From: Mobula hypostoma
Lineage: Eukaryota
Reading direction: 5' to 3'
Length of the DNA stretch: 64,000 bases
Assembly (NCBI RefSeq): GCF_963921235.1
Contig: NC_086109.1
Location: 25,980,001 to 26,044,000, forward strand
A program made the position numbers and the translations under genes. The notes under the pieces were generated by a model that was not told the origin of the DNA, did no database searches, and saw nothing but the letters and a program-made list of their open reading frames with translations. Numbering within the stretch: the first letter of the stretch is position 1; every line of letters starts with the position of its first letter. Positions 63,169 to 64,000 of the stretch are shown here, one piece after another.

Positions 63169-64000
63169 GAAGTAAAATAATGCATCACAGAGATATTAAT
63201 ATGAAGTGAAGTACTTCATTAAGTTTGGGTAATTGCCAAGAAAATGTTAGATTATAAAGTCTAGACTAGCAAGGAATAGAACACAGTGTTCGATGCCGTA
63301 AATGCTAAATGAGCCAGTTTGTTCCTGCATAAAACAAAATTAGATTCAAACTCACATGGAACGTGACAGAAATAAAATTGATACCAGATTTCAGCAGTTG
63401 TGCCTTCAATTTCCCATGGACATCAGCAACTAATTTTTTAGTACTTATTTCTAGTGGATCATCACCATTTTGCATAAGTTGGTGGTTACAAAATCATTAT
63501 TATTCAAATAAATTTCATGTTAAGAAAATATTGTACATTCAGAATGATTTTGTCTTGGGAGGAAAGATCACCTATTGAAGTATATTATTCTAAGAAGACA
63601 GAATTCAATCAAAATTTCAGAAAGAAATTGAAAGGTATTTAACAATAGCCTGATGTTTCTTGTCACAACTTCTTGTTCAAGTATGCATTGTGAAAGGAAA
63701 ATATAAGTAATGATCTGTAATGCCACAGAATTTCATATCATTTAAGGGTTTTGCATTTAAACTTGTACTTTGAGCATTTTTACTTGTCATACCAAGATAT
63801 TTACCAAGATCTTACCACAATATTTCATCTGGAGAATGAAAAACTGTTATTGCGGTGGAGTAAATCATTACTTATTGTCTTGCATCATTTAAGAAAAGTA
63901 GAAAATAGAACCAGGACATATTGTCCCTGTGGCTCACCCATTCATTATGGTCAATGGAATATTTTCTGTCTGAGCTCCACTTCCCTGCCCTATCTTCATC

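Noticed and set aside
1..64000. CRISPR array, prokaryotic operon or endogenous virus
   Set aside because: No regularly spaced repeat-spacer array and no long intact ORFs; the content is vertebrate interspersed repeats.

Overview
AT-rich, repeat-dense, non-coding vertebrate DNA. The repeat content (HE1/V-SINE-like and Deu-domain SINEs, CR1 and Rex1/Babar LINEs, an abundant Penelope-like family) points to a cartilaginous fish, probably a ray (inference). I recognise no intact host protein-coding gene, tRNA or rRNA gene. Every ORF I can identify is a decayed transposon fragment: RT, GIY-YIG endonuclease, CR1 ORF1 esterase, Gypsy gag, or Tc1/Tigger/hAT transposase. The window looks like a large intron or gene desert with many nested insertions and a few repeat-free blocks that could be enhancers. 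The most notable signal is a family of Penelope-like element (PLE) 3' ends carrying a minimal type-I hammerhead ribozyme (helix I - CUGANGA - A - helix II - GAAAC-GUC - helix I). Three copies have an intact core, and several copies lie in short inserts flanked by 11-14 bp target-site duplications (TSDs), mostly as fold-back inverted repeats. Boundaries of decayed repeats are approximate because they were read by eye.
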